Shown here piece after piece: positions 37,550 through 50,849 of a stretch of DNA of 64,000 bases. Below the pieces are notes generated by a model. That model searched no databases. It was not told the origin of the DNA and saw only the letters and a list, made by a program, of their open reading frames with translations. Position 1 is the first letter of the stretch; each line of letters begins with the position of its first letter. This DNA comes from Raillietiella orientalis (Eukaryota): assembly GCA_036172245.1 (NCBI GenBank), contig JAYWIR010000012.1, forward strand, positions 2,542,001 through 2,606,000, written 5' to 3'. The translations under genes were made by a program, and so were the position numbers.

Positions 37550-40320
37550 CTCCAGGGAGTCCAGCAGCACAGGTTAGAAAGGTCTTCCGTAGGACCACTG
37601 CCGTTTCCTACCTGTTGCCATCCGCCTCGAGTGTTCTGGCAACCCGACAGACGGAAGCTCAGGTTCAGACTCTCCGAGTTCGGTAATCCCGTGATGACAT
37701 TGCAAGTTTGGTTGGCCCTTTCGAAACTCCCCGTAGCTGATCCGGGGAAGAGAGTCGCCATCGCGCGTTCAGGCGCAGCCCGAAGCAAAATCTTCCAGAG
37801 GCATCGCCACTTCTTCCGATGAGAAATCCCTGAGAGGCATCTGCACAGTCAACTTCCTCGACAATGCTGCTCCCAGGGATCTCCGGAGATCCTCGACTCA
37901 TGAATCTGCTCCTTCCTTGCACTCCGGAAAGAAAAGAGGAGTGTCTTCCCCCACCCCCCCTCCTCTTAACAGCAGGAAAGAGCAAGAAGACGGAGGGGCT
38001 TGACCCGAGAGGCAATCTTTCGCGAGACAGCGAGGTGAGTACTAAGGGATGGAGCAGAAAGAGGTCGGATGCTTCGTCCGTGGGGTCTACAATAGCCACA
38101 TCCCGAGCACCACGGTGCAATCCTGGATGACATAATTCCCTGAAGAGGAGCTCCAAATCGGGCAAGGAATTATTTCCCCTCCAGTCTTCTTCCTAGGACC
38201 CCGTTGTTTGCATCGGCCTGACTCTGCAGATGGCGCTTGAGAGAAAGGCAGCAAGCTGTTGAAAAGGAACCAGAAAGAGGCTCCTCTGATGGAGAACTCT
38301 GAGCTGCATCAGGAGCCACCCGCCTTCCCTGATGCCCTCGTGCTTTTTCCCCACGCACCCACACTCCATGTGTTCCCTTCGGGAAACTCGGACACGCTCT
38401 CGCTCCTCGTTGCAGAAGCTCCCATCTACCGGCGGGAAGAAGAAACACAAACGCAGAGGAGCTCCAGAGGAATGAGCAGAGGAAGCCAAACGGGCTTCCC
38501 CGCGATGCACACATGCGCCCATTCCGCAAATGAGGTCTCCGGCTGCATCCCGACTGCTCTGTGGAGGAACGAAGAATGTCCGATACTGGACGAAAGAAGA
38601 CCCACGGGAAAGCAGCTTCTTCTCGCCGCACTCTTGCCGGATCCACATCCATCTCTCGAAGCAAGGTCGCTTTCCCGAACTGAGTAGTCGTATTGGAGAT
38701 GTGCTTCTCTCCTCTCTCGACGGGTCCCCAGGGATCCTAGTCCACGCTCCTTAACCCGGATACGCACCAGGGCAGAAGAGCCTCCCATTTCCAGCCTATC
38801 TCTTCTGTCCCTCTTACCCTTCTGAGACGAGTCCCGCGGTTCCTCTCTCTATCAGCGCAAACCTGAATCTTTTCTTCTGCATTTCTGGGAACTTCTGAAA
38901 GAGGGAGAGTTGTGGAGGGCAGAGGAGGGCACGGGGAAGAGGGCAGGAGTGACGTGGCGGTGGTGCCTTCTCCTAAGACACGCGCCATTCCCGGTTGCGG
39001 CTTATCGGCTCCGCTCTTTGCCGATAAAGAGAGCAGAGTAGCAGGGCTCGCGAATGCTCCATGGGATACGTCGTCACTCCCTTGAGAAGGAGTGGGAAGA
39101 AGGCGATCTGCTGGAGGGCGATGCCGGAGCCTACTGCGTCAACTTATCGGCCCCTCCTCCTTCCCAGTTGCTTCACACTCGCTCCCGAGGGAAGGAGGTG
39201 GAGCAGGAAAGAGGAAGCCTTTTTCTTTTTTTCCGTCTTCTCCCCTCCCCTCTCGTTTGCCACCACCATCTGCCCCAGCGACTACCCATGTTGTCTTTTC
39301 CATCCGGAGGGTCCTCACCCAAATCTGGGCAGGAGGACCTGGAGATCCATCTGCGCCCCCCCCCAGCATTCGAGGGGGAGAAGAGAGTGGGCGTTCCTGG
39401 AGACAGGGAAACACTAACACCTCCATCTGCATGCCTGGTCGCCACATCCCGCTTATCCCTGCCCATCATCCTTGTGATCCCCCCAGTGACCCTGCCCCAA
39501 TCTGCGGCGGCGAAATGCGCCAGCCCTCTTCGCGCTCAATCCCAGGGTATTCGCTGATGGCGCCGCGTCCTTTGGGACTGGTAGATGCTACTCCCTCTGC
39601 TAGAGGGAGGACGAGGGTGCAAGGGAACACCCAATTGAGCTGCTGGAGAAGGTGGAGAAGGGCCTTTGCTTTCCTGGTTAGAGTTCCACTTCTTCCTTTC
39701 CCCGGCGGCTACCCGTCCCCTCCTGAGGTGATGGTTCGGCTTTCCCTAAGCTTCTCGGAACGGGAGGGAAGGGAGGCGAAGAACTGGGGATGCCACGACA
39801 CGGTCCAAAGAGGCAATAACTGGGGACTTCGGGATCCACTCATCCTTCTGTCCTTTCCTTAGCCCGAGATCCCCAGGAGGCGATGCCGCTCCTGGAAGAG
39901 CGGGCGAACAGTCTATTCCAGGAGAGACCTATATGTCTCACAACGATAGAGGGAAAAGAACAAGAGGGCAAGAAAGAGAGAAAAGGAAGGAAAGGGTGAA
40001 GAAGAGGGAGTGGTAGGGGCGATCCCGCTATCCTCCCCTCCCTCAACCAAGTCCACTTTTCCGGATGTGGGACGGTATCCGCGCGCACCAGGAGACCGGC
40101 TTCCTCTTGGATGAGGAAGAGGAAAGAGAGAAACTCGGAACCGGCACCCTCCCCACGGCGAGGGCATGCTGGTGACCTAGCAAGCGTCCCGGATGGTCCC
40201 ACCTCCACTGCCATCCCCGTGACCCGGTCTAGTTCAGGAAGATTGGAGGGAGATCTTGACAATCCGCGACATTCGCTCCCTAGGTAACAAGAGAATTGGA
40301 GGGTTCGGGAGTGGCAGAGG
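37550..40320 (-). mobile_element. Degenerate, near-complete Ty3/gypsy pol (protease, RT, RNase H, integrase)
   Basis: PR-RT-RH-IN order: CYLGS/LLVRAD, QQLN, HFAAADW, RDKRDVATRHADG, KGVTTYP, GLGS...EKKLLS...YRTFF, RWELLQ, RELCHPG, RGSPEI, GSFERANQT (~NG..ERANQT). Confidence 0.7.
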
Positions 40321-41708
40321 AGGGAAGGGTCGTGCGAGCGAGAAGGGATCGCCTCTCCGCCTCCGGAAGGAGTGGGATCGTTTCTGACACCCGGGAAAGG
40401 CGCGTTCCTCGCTCTCTTCCTGCTCTCTTCGGCACGCATACCCCCTTTCCCCCCCCCCTCCTTGCCCTGTCTTTCCTCACTACAAGCGCTACCCCTCATG
40501 GGGCGGGGCGGCTAGGTGGTCAGGCGGAAAAAGGATCTGTTGGAGTGCACCCGAGTGGGGATAAATGGCCCTTCCCTTTTTGCTTTCTACCGGCCATGGG
40601 GATGGCACTAGAGGAGTGGCGAGTCTGACCCGGGCGGGCTGCTGTCCCGGGTCGCCTTTTCCGCCCCGTTTGTCACATCGCCAGTCGGGGAAAGGGGGAC
40701 GAACCTTGCTCTGGCCCCTTCTTTCCTTCCTTCTTCGAGGCAACCTGCTGGAGTGCCCCCTCCGGGCGTGGTTACCGTGGATAATTCGGGCATTCACTGA
40801 ATTTGTACAACGGGGGAATCCCGCCGTCCCTTTCGTGCGTAGGAGTGACGCCTTCTGGTCCCGCTTTCCTCCTTCGATGTCGTCGCTGCCGCTGCCACAG
40901 TGACTTCTATCAGAGCGTTCCACGTCGCTCTCCCTCTCCATATTCCCCTCCCCCGTTTTGCACCGAGGGGGCGGTGCGGCTGATAAAGAAGGCGCTCGGA
41001 ACGCACGAAGGAGAGCGCGTGCGCGCGCGCGGTCGCATCTTCTCCCGCCTTCCTCGTCGTCTCGGGAGGGAGGAACGAGGAGAGACGATCTTCCGGGACC
41101 GCCTCCTCGAAAAATAGGCGGGAACCCCAGCGGCGGCACAGGCGCGCTCCCGAGGAAGGAGACGGAGAGATAGCGTGCGATTCCTTTCCGTCAGCCTCCC
41201 TCCCATCCTTCGCCTCACCATCCTCCCTGAGCAGGGAACAGGGAGGAAGTCGGGGAAGGGGGAGAGGGAATCGCAAGCATGGCTGCGTTCCGGCTGCAAA
41301 GTGCGTAGAGGGAGCGAGGCCGGGGGGGGGGGGGCGACCTTCCTTAAAAGGCGAGTCCTTCGCTCTATCAGGCGGTGTGGCTCCGCGAACAGACGGCTTG
41401 CCACCGAGAGGCCTCATCCCATCACTACCACCACCTCCTTCCCCCCATTTCCCCCTTTCCTATGAGCAGTTTGCCAAGAGGGCAAGCGATGGATTGGGGC
41501 GCAACGGAAGCTCTTCCTGTCATCCCACCCCCCACCCCCTTCCGCTGGCGAGCGAGCAAGAAAATGGCTCCTCGCTTTACCTCTATTTTTCTTTTCTTCC
41601 CGCCCGAGATCCCGTGGATGGTGTCTGCTTGGATGGAGGTATTCGGCATCGCTGTCTTTTTCCCCTCCCCCCCCCCCTTCCCCCGAAAAGAAAAGTGCCT
41701 TCACAAAG

Positions 41709-42788
41709 CTCTCTCTCTCTCTCTCTTTCTTTTCCTTTTTAGTCTCCCCCCCCCCCCTTCTTCTTCTTCCCTACCGCGAGCACCGCATTTTTTTTTTTTT
41801 TTTTTTTTCCACACGGATTTGTACGTAGATGAACGCACATTAATCGCATTCCGAATGCCATGCCCGTGCAAATCGATGTATCCAAGGATACATCGATTTA
41901 CTTACCTACGCGTGGGCTCATCGGTGCGTGTGCGCGCGTCGTGTGTTTCCGCCTGCCCATCCTTAGGCCTCCGCTGCAAGGTGTGGGGACTTCCGCGTGT
42001 GCAGTGCGGGGGCTCTCCTGGGCGACCCTCGGGAACCTGGAAAGCAGGGAGTGTGTGGTCGCTGCAGGGGAGGGCACCCCGAAAGGCAAGGGCGGGCGCA
42101 GAAGCTCCCCGGATGAAAGCGAAACAGCAGTGTGGGAAGGAACGCGTGCTGCTCCCGTGTGTTCGACATGGCGTTGCATGTCGGGAAGGGAAGCTGCACC
42201 GTGCACGCACGCACCCTTCACACGTGTATGCATGCCCGAGACGTGGAGCTGCCGGGGAGGGGAGTGTGGGGGGGGGGGGGGAAGCTGCTGCTGTTTAGTG
42301 CGAAAGTCTGTTTGTGTCGAAATTGTTTTGCTCGGATCCAGCGCGCCTTTTTTTTTTTTTCTTTCTTTCTTTCTCGGAGCAAGAGATAAGAACTCCCGTT
42401 TACGCGGGGAATTCGGACCTCTCTCCTCCGGCCCGAGGTCCACGATCTCGCTCGAGGTGTTTTCCGATGTACTTTTTCACCGTTGCACGCGTTTCGTCAT
42501 TTTTCGCCCCGAACCTCGGACGCCGCCGTTCCCACCTCCACGGTCCGCTCTCATCCTTCCTCCTCCATGCGGCAGGTCGGAGATAGCGAATCCATTAATT
42601 GACGAGCTGCTCCCCTCCCGTCTCGTGACACGGATAACCTATTGTGGCAGGGTAAAAGGAAGAAAGAAGGATCGCCTTTCCTCAAAAGCGAAAGGCCAGA
42701 GCGCGTGGAGGGAGTCCCTCGAACCAGGGTGTCCGAGCGCTTCCCGGAGTCCCCCTCTTCTGCGTTCATCGTCATGGGGGGGGGGGGG

Positions 42789-42819
<31 letters not shown>

Positions 42820-43456
42820 TCCTTCGCTCTTTCCTCTTTATCCCTTTGACTCTCTCTCTCTCTCCCTTTTTTTTTTTTTTCTTGTGTGTGTGTGCTGCTG
42901 CTGCTGCTGCTGCTGCTGTTTCAAAGTTGCATGAGCTCCGCCTCGCCGGCGCGGGGTTTGTCCTCATGATTTCGGTTTCAATCACTCAGATATGATCTAG
43001 ACGAAAGTCTGCTGCACATTTCTCCGTATTCATAAGACGTCAATCTCTGTCTTTCCACGTTAATTGCAGCCTGGAAAGGAAGGAGCCGTGTCGAATCTGT
43101 TTGCCTTTCCATGTCGAATGCATTCAGTCTCGCGTCGGGAATAATGCAGAGGCGCAGAAAAAGAAAGGAAGAGAGAAAAGAAAAAGCAGCAGCAGCATAA
43201 GTGTGTCTTTTTTTTGTGTGTGTGTTGTTGTTGTTTGCCCCCCCCCCCTCCCTCCATCCACTTCTTTTTTTTTTTTTTCTTCTTTTTTTTTCTTCCAGGT
43301 TCCACGATACGTAAAAATGTAGACGCGTCTTTTATCTGGATATTCTGCTACTCTTTTTTTTTTTTTCTTCCCTTCTTCTTCTTTTCGTGTGTGTGTGTGT
43401 GTGTGTGTGTGTTTCGAAAAACAAAACAAAACAAATGGTTTTCCCGTGTCTCTCTC

Positions 43457-43496
<40 letters not shown>

Positions 43497-44401
43497 TGTT
43501 CTTGCTAATGCAAACAACCCGAAACGCTGTAGGCTATTAAACGAGGGAAGACATCATTTCTTGAACGGGGAATCAGTCATTAACGAGAGAAGGAATATTT
43601 GCAGACAGGAGCAGCAGCGGCAGACGGCGAATGGAGATCAAACACGCGAGTGAATAACCGGGAGGAACAAGGCAAACATGCATTCCAGAACGCTTCCCCC
43701 TCCATCCTTTGTCGTCTTGAGGCAGAGCAGCTGTGCGTCACCAGTGACACTCGGAGTTAATCAACACGGATGTTCTCCTGCATCGCAGGCAATTTGATCG
43801 AGGTCGGCAGGTTCTCCCTCCATCCTTCCTATCTGCGCTGGAGCGAATCTCGGCCGGAGAGGCTCCTCGGAAGATTCCCTCCCCCCCCGCCCCGCGCTGC
43901 CCGGAACGAAGCGCTCTGTTAATGTTCCCTGTTAATTAAAATCAATGCCTTCCCAGGGAGAGGAGAGCGGGGAAGAAATGACGGTAATGACAAGCGCGGT
44001 GAGCACGGCTTGTTTCCCTGTTCGACTTCTCCTTTATCCTTTTTTTTTTTGTTTGGAAGCGAAAAAAAAAAAAAAAAAGGGAAAACAAGGAAGGAGGAGG
44101 ATGAGTTTATAAGCGCTAATTAAGACGGGGAGCGCGCGGGCGGGAATCGCTAATTGGCGCGCGACGCGTTCCCGGAAACGGCGCGACGAAGAACTCGCCA
44201 CCATCGGCGCTCTGCTCGCTCCCGGGACCTCCTCCGCCTGCTCCGGAGGTTCCCGAATGCCCGAAGAGGAAAGTTCGAAAAGCGACAAAGGAAAAAGAGA
44301 AGAAAGGAAAGGAGAAGCAGACTGGATGCCGGGGATGTCCCGAAGATGCCAAGGTTGGACCTCCGGATGCCTCAGCCCTGGACACCGAAGGGGCTCTCTC
44401 G

Positions 44402-44437
<36 letters not shown>

Positions 44438-44775
44438 CCCCCCCTCCGGTTGACTCGCGGGCAAAAAAGCAAGCGGCGGCGGCGGTGGCGGCCTTCGAAG
44501 GGTGGGCGGCTCTTGCCCACGGCGGAGGAGCAGAGTGCGTGAGCGGCCGTAGGTGCCGCAGGAGTCTCCTCGAGCCGGCCAGCGGCCGCCGCTGCTCGAA
44601 GCGGCGGTGCAGAACCGTCGTCGATCCGTTGGTCCACGCGAGTGGCTTCCCTCCCTCCCCCCCCATCCGAGGAGGTCATCATCCACTCTCATCTCGCGTC
44701 GGTGCCGCCGCCGATCTTTCTTCCGTGTCCCCCCCCTCCTGCCTCCCTCTCTCTCTCTCTCTCTCTCTCTCCCCC
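41709..44775. repeat. Dense microsatellite/homopolymer cluster: (CT)n, (GA)n, (GT)n x2, (GCT)n, poly-T/A/G/C
   Basis: For example (GA)n ~42789-42813, (GT)n ~43388-43412 and ~43460-43492, (CTG)n ~44403-44434. Confidence 0.9.
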
Positions 44776-46079
44776 TCCTTCCTTCGGCTGCCTCCATCGC
44801 GCTGTATGCGCGTCTTTCGCTTTAATTTTTCATCTTTGATGGACTCCTCTGCATAACGAAAGGGTTCGGCGGGAGGAGAGAGGTTCCACGTGGCGCGTGG
44901 AATATTGGCTCCTGCGACGCAAGAAAAATGGAGCGATTCCCTGAACTGCATCGCTTCGTAAATCACGTGTTCTTTGCAACGATGACGACGCACCGCTGTT
45001 GCTGCTGCCGCCGCTGCTGCTGCTGGATGGATGGATGTTCGACAAATTTTCACACGTGTTCCACTTTCCAGTTTTGAGTCTTAAAGAAGAGCCCATTGGC
45101 AGGGAACATCGGATTGAAAATTTAATATCCGGCAGGGGAGTTCCCGTCGGCGGAAATAAAAGCCATGTGTCGTCCCCGGTCCCGATCGCTCCCGGCTCCT
45201 TTTTTTAACGGCTTCGATTCGCCGTGATTTATCGAATTCGAAAACGGAACGGTTCGAACTTTTCAACCCTTCCCCGAGGATATTGCAAAGATGCGCGCTC
45301 CTCCCTCCTCGTTTCATCCGCTCCTGTCCTTCTCCTCCTGCCGCCACCCTCCCCTTCTCCCAGGTCCCGCGATTTTCCTCCTTTCCGTGCCGTCCTCCTC
45401 TCCGACCCACCCTTTCTTTTGGTTTCCTTCCCCTCCTCCTCTCCCCTTGCCCCTCCCCCGCCCCCTTCCCGCCGTCCCTCGAAAATTTTCCGGACGGCGG
45501 GGCGCTGGAGGACTTCACGGGTGCTGCGCAAACGTTGGCGGGGCAAGGAGGCGCCGTCCTTTTCCCTCTTTTCCCTCCGCTGGGTACTTCCTCCTCTTGC
45601 GAACCCACGCGGCACGAGGATTCCCAGGAAGGTTCCCGAGTCGAGTGAGTCACGGATGGTAATGCCCCGTCAGGGACACCACCATCCGTGACGAGCTGCG
45701 CAGCAAGGGAACGCACGTGGAATGCGCGTGCGTTCTTTTGCCGACCGCGCTCCCACCCCTTTCCTTCTCGTTGCTGCTGCCTGGTCCCCGGCGGCTGTGG
45801 AGCTCCAGGTTTGTTTGTCCCGCGCCTCCAGCCCCTTCGTTTTCGTCCGTCCTTCTGAGGCGCTTGCGTACGGCTTCCCTGCGACTGTCCTTGACGCTTC
45901 CTGATCGGGGAAGCCTTCCCGACTGAGATCCGAACTCGCGAACCAGGAGGTGAGCCTGCTGCCAGAGACTGCCGCGTGCCCCCTCCCCCTCCTTACACCT
46001 GGAAAAACAATGACGACAGCAACAACAACAAAGCGGGAAGGATAACAGCGAAGCAGAAGAACCCAAAAGACCAATAGTG

Positions 46080-46860
46080 ACGATCACCCCATGAGGTCGC
46101 TACTGTCCTTTCACAAAAAGGAGCCCCCATTGGCGGCCGTGCAGATGCGGTCTGCGCGCACGGAACGCAGCGTTGAGGCTTCGAATTCCAGCCGGGGAAG
46201 GATCGAAGCCGAGAAATGGGCTGTGCGCCCTGCGCTTTGATTCCCTTCTATCCGTAGGGCAACGCTGGTCGAACTACGGGCTTCGGGTGCGGCACTGGTG
46301 GAATCCGAAAACCCTCAAATGCCCCCGTTGACTGGCTGGGATTGGAAGTCGACTCTGGGGTTCTTCCAGGAACAGCGGATCTGCGGTTCCCCTCCGGTTG
46401 TGGAAATGGAGCCGTGCCATGGAGCTGGTCGATACTCCACTCCTTCAAGGGGTTGCCTCTCCAGAGTGTAAGAGGCGCGCTGATCCCTTCGGGAAGCGCC
46501 CTTCAGAGAAATCGAGAAGCGTCCCTTCGGGGTTCTCTTCAGAGGAGCAAACAGGGAGCGAATCCTTTCCGGGTTCCCTCCGGAGAAGCAATGACGGGCC
46601 GCTGGCCCCCTCCGGAAAGAATATGGGAGATTTCGGGATTCTCTCCCAAGCGTGAGTGGGACGGACGTCTTCCGGAGTCTTCCTGAACTCATAAGGTGGT
46701 CCCCTAATTTGAAGAGTTGATAAGCATCCTCGAGCGGTGGCGTGCACAGCGTCAAAGAGCTCCCTGAACCCCCGCTAAGGAGGCGACCGGTTCTTCAGCA
46801 ATCCCAGGGAACCAAAGAAAAGGAAAACTCCCCTGGAAGAGCAAAGAAGACGCTTGATAG
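46080..46860 (+). mobile_element. Degenerate Ty3/gypsy connection and RNase H with module A, family G copy 5
   Basis: HPMRSLL..KK, VRPAL, NA-SNYGL-GAALVE (~DASNYGLGAAL), module ending CCCCTAATTTGAAGAG; the downstream flank is similar to the reverse complement of 20250-20340. Confidence 0.75.
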
Positions 46861-46899
46861 AGAGTCCTCCTCTCCCCCCCCCCTCTCCTACCGGGACAG

Positions 46900-48200
46900 G
46901 AGGACAGGAGACTATGGGACAAGTCCTCCACCTCACGCGATGACCCTTCCGTGAGCAGTGCCGCCGTCCTGTTCAGGGAGCAACACCAGCGGAGCAACAG
47001 CGCCATCCCTCCACCCCCTCTCACACGCGCGCGTAAGCGAGTCCTGGCTCTTTTTCGGGCTCTTGTCCACCTCCATGGAGTGGTGGGAGCGCAGCTGTTC
47101 TTCTGTAGGCGAGTTGGGACTCCCTCGCAGTGCTCCCCTCCAGGGCTGATCTCGGCTCGAAGAACGGTCCTGGAGGGAGGTCTCCAAGGAGCGACGGAAC
47201 CAACCGGGTGATGCATGGCACGACGATCGAATGTCATTGTCCAGCAAGAAGTCTCCGGAAAGAGAAGCTGCCTTCCCGTGCCTCGCATCCCTCCCTTCCC
47301 TTTCCCCTGCTTCCTCCCACCGAGCGTCTCTCTTGCAGCTCCGGGCCGCTGTTGTCCAGTCTGGTTCCAGGAGCTCTTTGCCCTCGAGGCTGACAAAAGA
47401 GGCTGCATCCGAGGAGCCATGGCTGCCGGAAATGGGAATTTCTTCCCTGTCTAGTCCTCTGCTTCCTTCGTTTCCTCTACAGAGCGCACATGGTCCCTGC
47501 ACTCGCATTTGCTACCCGGCCGCGACGAGGCGCTAAGCGCCTCGTCGCGGCCTGCAAGAAAGCAGTTGAAGAGGATCCGCTTCACGTGGTGGGAATTGGT
47601 TTAACTGCACATCCATGCGTTCCAGAGGCTGTGCTGCTGCTCGCGAGCAGCTTGCCGCGGACGGAACCTACAGTGGCCCCTGCGCAGGACGATGGTCCAG
47701 CATAGGCCGACCCTGGCAGTCATCTCGAGATCGTCAAGAGCGCGCGGAGACGGTTGCGTCGCTACTGACGCGGATCCCGTGCCTCCTCCTCAAAACTCCA
47801 GTCGGGAGGAAGTGGGGGAGGAAACGAAGGATCCACTCGCATCCAGCAAGCGATGGAAAGGGCAGCGCCTTGTTCGAAAGTCCCGGACTGCCGAATTCGC
47901 AAGGAGCGGCGTTCTCTCCTTCCTCTCTTCCGAAATTGGCCCTTCCTTGGTGGGACAACTTCGGAAGAGAAATCGCAGTCACGGGATGAACCGAACGCCA
48001 GCCCGCAGCGACCACCTTCCGACCGGTCGCTATTCGGGTCCCGCGAAAGAGCGCAGGTTGCCGTGGATGACGCCCTCCCTCCTCCCCTTCCTCGAGAGCT
48101 CCTCTCGAACGCCTTTGGGTCATCCGACGGATCTGCTTCCCACGCAGGAGGCGGGACTGCTTAAGAGGATCAGAGCAGTTCTCCGGCGAAGGACGTTCCA
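46900..48200 (-). mobile_element. Degenerate BEL/Pao retrotransposon integrase region
   Basis: GSAYAGP (~GVDYAGP), STAFLQAATRRLAPRRG (~STEAFL.A.RRF.ARRG), SSDAASFV..GKEL, FLLDNDI...PGWF, TEEQLR...EVD, all collinear with the BEL/Pao integrase pattern. Confidence 0.75.
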
Positions 48201-49249
48201 GAACGGATCGAGTCAGAGCTCGTTCCCTTTCCCACCACCCTTTTTGCTCCACGGTGTCCATAGAGAGAGCGCTTGCGTCCCCCTTCCTCCTGCTAATGCC
48301 GAGCGACCTCAAAAGGCACCAGGAGGCCTCACGGTCCCAGAAAAGCTGGACGTGAGAAGGAGGAGGGTCGGATGCGGAAGGCGAAGGAGGAAGAAGGAAG
48401 AAAAAGTGGCAGAGGGAGGGGGGAGAGAGAGGCATCGATGGGGAGCGATCCCGGTGCTCTCACGCGTGCCCACTCACGTGCACGCTTTTTTTGAGAGGGA
48501 AGGACTCTTCCTTCCTCCTCTTCCTCTTTTTCCCCCTTGCTCCCGGAAAAGGGCGTTCACGTCTGCTCCCCGTCGTGATGGAGCGCGCGCGCTCCATAAA
48601 GCGGTCTCCACCCGTTTGGGAAGGGGAAGTCGTGGGGGGAAGGGGGTGAGGGGTACGGACCAGAGAGACGAACGGGGGGAGAGAAGGATGGATGGATGGA
48701 CGGAAGGGAGGCGCAGCAGTGCGGTCCCCACGCCAAACCGCATTAAGGGGGAACTGCTTTCCGTTTCCGCCGGCAAAGTGGGTCCTCGGCAATCAGCCTG
48801 AAAGCCCCTTGTGGCGCGCGCCCGTCGCCCCATTACGAGATCTGCAAGCGTAAAGAGCGGCCGTTCTCCCCATGGGGGAGCGGCCATTCTCCGACACCCG
48901 GGAGAGATTCTTCGCTCCCGACCTCTCCAGCCTGCCTGTCTTCCAGGGATCGGTGCTTCGCTGCCCTTTCTCTCCCCTCGACGTCCGTCTGGAGGGACGA
49001 ATGGGGGAGGAGACAAGTCCCACTCCTTCCTGCTTCGAGGCCCTCAAGTGTTTTCCTCGGGACGAGAGAGAGAATCTCTCACCTCTCACCTCCCTCTCTC
49101 CCTCCCGTGGGCATTGGTGACTATCTTCCCGTTCTTTGAGATCAGCAGAAGTCCCTGTCCTCCCACTCTGCCCCTCCTACCTTTCTTTCCCTTCCCATCC
49201 CTCTGAGCCTCGTCTCTGCTGCGCGTGGGAGTTGGGAGAGTGGGGTGAG

Positions 49250-49950
49250 GGAGTAAAGCTCGCAGCACCGAAAATTCTCCCCGAAACGGCGGTCTCCTGG
49301 TGCCTTCTGAAAACCCAGTAGGTGGCGAAGGAGCTGCCGGGGACAGTGACTGCTGCTCTTCGAAGAGTGGAGGACCGACTCCATGCCTGCCTTCTTTCCC
49401 GAGAGGTCCGTGGGAATGGGCTGAGGGGTAAAAGAAGGTCAGCAGGAGATGGGAGGCACCGCCGGGCTGGTCTCGGCAGCGCGCGTGCTCTTCCCTGGGG
49501 GAACTGCCCGTGGGCGATGGGGAAACAGCGGGGACGTCAGTCGCTGGAGGAGGAGGAAGGCGGTGAGGGGGTGATGGCGAAGGAAGAAGTACAGGCGGGA
49601 AGAATTGCCGAGGAGAGGAAGGGATGGCTTAGCCCGCGGGCCGAGATGGTACGTTAGATCGGGACACGGGCAGTTTCTTCCCTCAGAATGGGAGCTCGAA
49701 AACTTTTCCTGTCCGAGCGTGCGCTATTGCCGATGCTGCCGCTGGAGGGAAGATTCAAGGTCACAGTGCCAAGCCACACGATACTCTCTCTTTCCCCCCC
49801 ATTGGACGTCAGAGACGAGAGCCACCTCTGGCTGCGGCCTAGTGGGTCACCTCGTCAGCTTCCACTCGCGAGATGTCACTTCCTCCCCTTGCTCCTCCCC
49901 ATCTTTACAGCTTTTCTCCCGCCTTCGATTGGGTGGGAATTCTGCCAGCC
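49250..49950 (+). mobile_element. Degenerate Ty3/gypsy RNase H fragment
   Basis: ARKLFLSE, LEGRFKVTVPSHTIL (~YLEG..F.V.TDH..L), PSG...LARC (~P.GRLARW). Confidence 0.45.
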
Positions 49951-50849
49951 AGTCCACCTCTTCTGGAAGCACTCTGAGCAGCAGACGCAGGAAGAAGCGG
50001 TCGCTGCTGCAGCAACCCCTGCCTCCCTCTCCACAAGCAACAGCGACCACCTTACCTGCCCCCACACGTGCTGTTCCCACGGGAGCATTGCGCTCCGTCG
50101 TGTCTTCTCCTCCTCCTCCTCCCCCCTCCTCCTCTCTTCTCTCCGTTCCACTTCATCCCGAGGGCCGGAACCTGCCTGCGCCCAGTGCATGTGCTACAGC
50201 GGAGGAAAAGGGAGGGAGGTTGCATTGTTGGAGGACCGAGGACCATCTCTTCACCGGACACGCTTCCAGAAAGAGGACCGAGGAAGGGAGGAAACTGGGG
50301 ATGCAGGGAGCGGTCCACGATCCATCCGCTCCTGCCTTCCCTTCGGAGCATGCCGCAGGAGGACGGCTGGCTTCGGGAGAAGGAGAAGTCGCCGGCCGTG
50401 CGGAACCGCGGAGAGCGACCCGCTCATTCCACTCGTGCGCGCGCAGCAGCCAGCTGCGTAAAGGGACTACCTCTGACGGCATCTCCCAAGAACACATCCC
50501 TCTGCCTCTCACACTCCGAAAGGGTCCCGGGACCCGTTCGGGCCCCGCGTGAACAAGCCCCGCAGCCGTTGCACGGCAGGGGCTTTGCGGTCCCTCCAGC
50601 TCCCGCTCCACTATCCCACCGATAGAGCCCTTCGCTTCGGCAGCCCTCCGCAAGTGGGGGAAGAGGAGAAAAGGGGGATCCTGCTGACGACACGGGGACC
50701 ACCGCTCGGCGGAAGGGTGGAAGAAACGGGCGAAACAAGCATTCACCCCGTCCCGGAGGACCACGAGACCTCTGTGTCTGGGAGGGCGCGCATTTGGGGG
50801 CCGCCACCAGAAGTCATCCTTTTTGCAGCCATCCTCTGGCGGACGGCCT

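Noticed and set aside
44257..44856. Poly-Q/poly-C/poly-L ORFs as transcription-factor exons
   Set aside because: They derive from a (CTG)n microsatellite, with no domain or supporting splice pair.
46080..46250. Minus-strand continuation of the BEL integrase C-terminus, which would place module A inside BEL
   Set aside because: The + strand reads as gypsy connection domain leading into RNase H, as in other family G copies. The two elements simply abut tail to tail.
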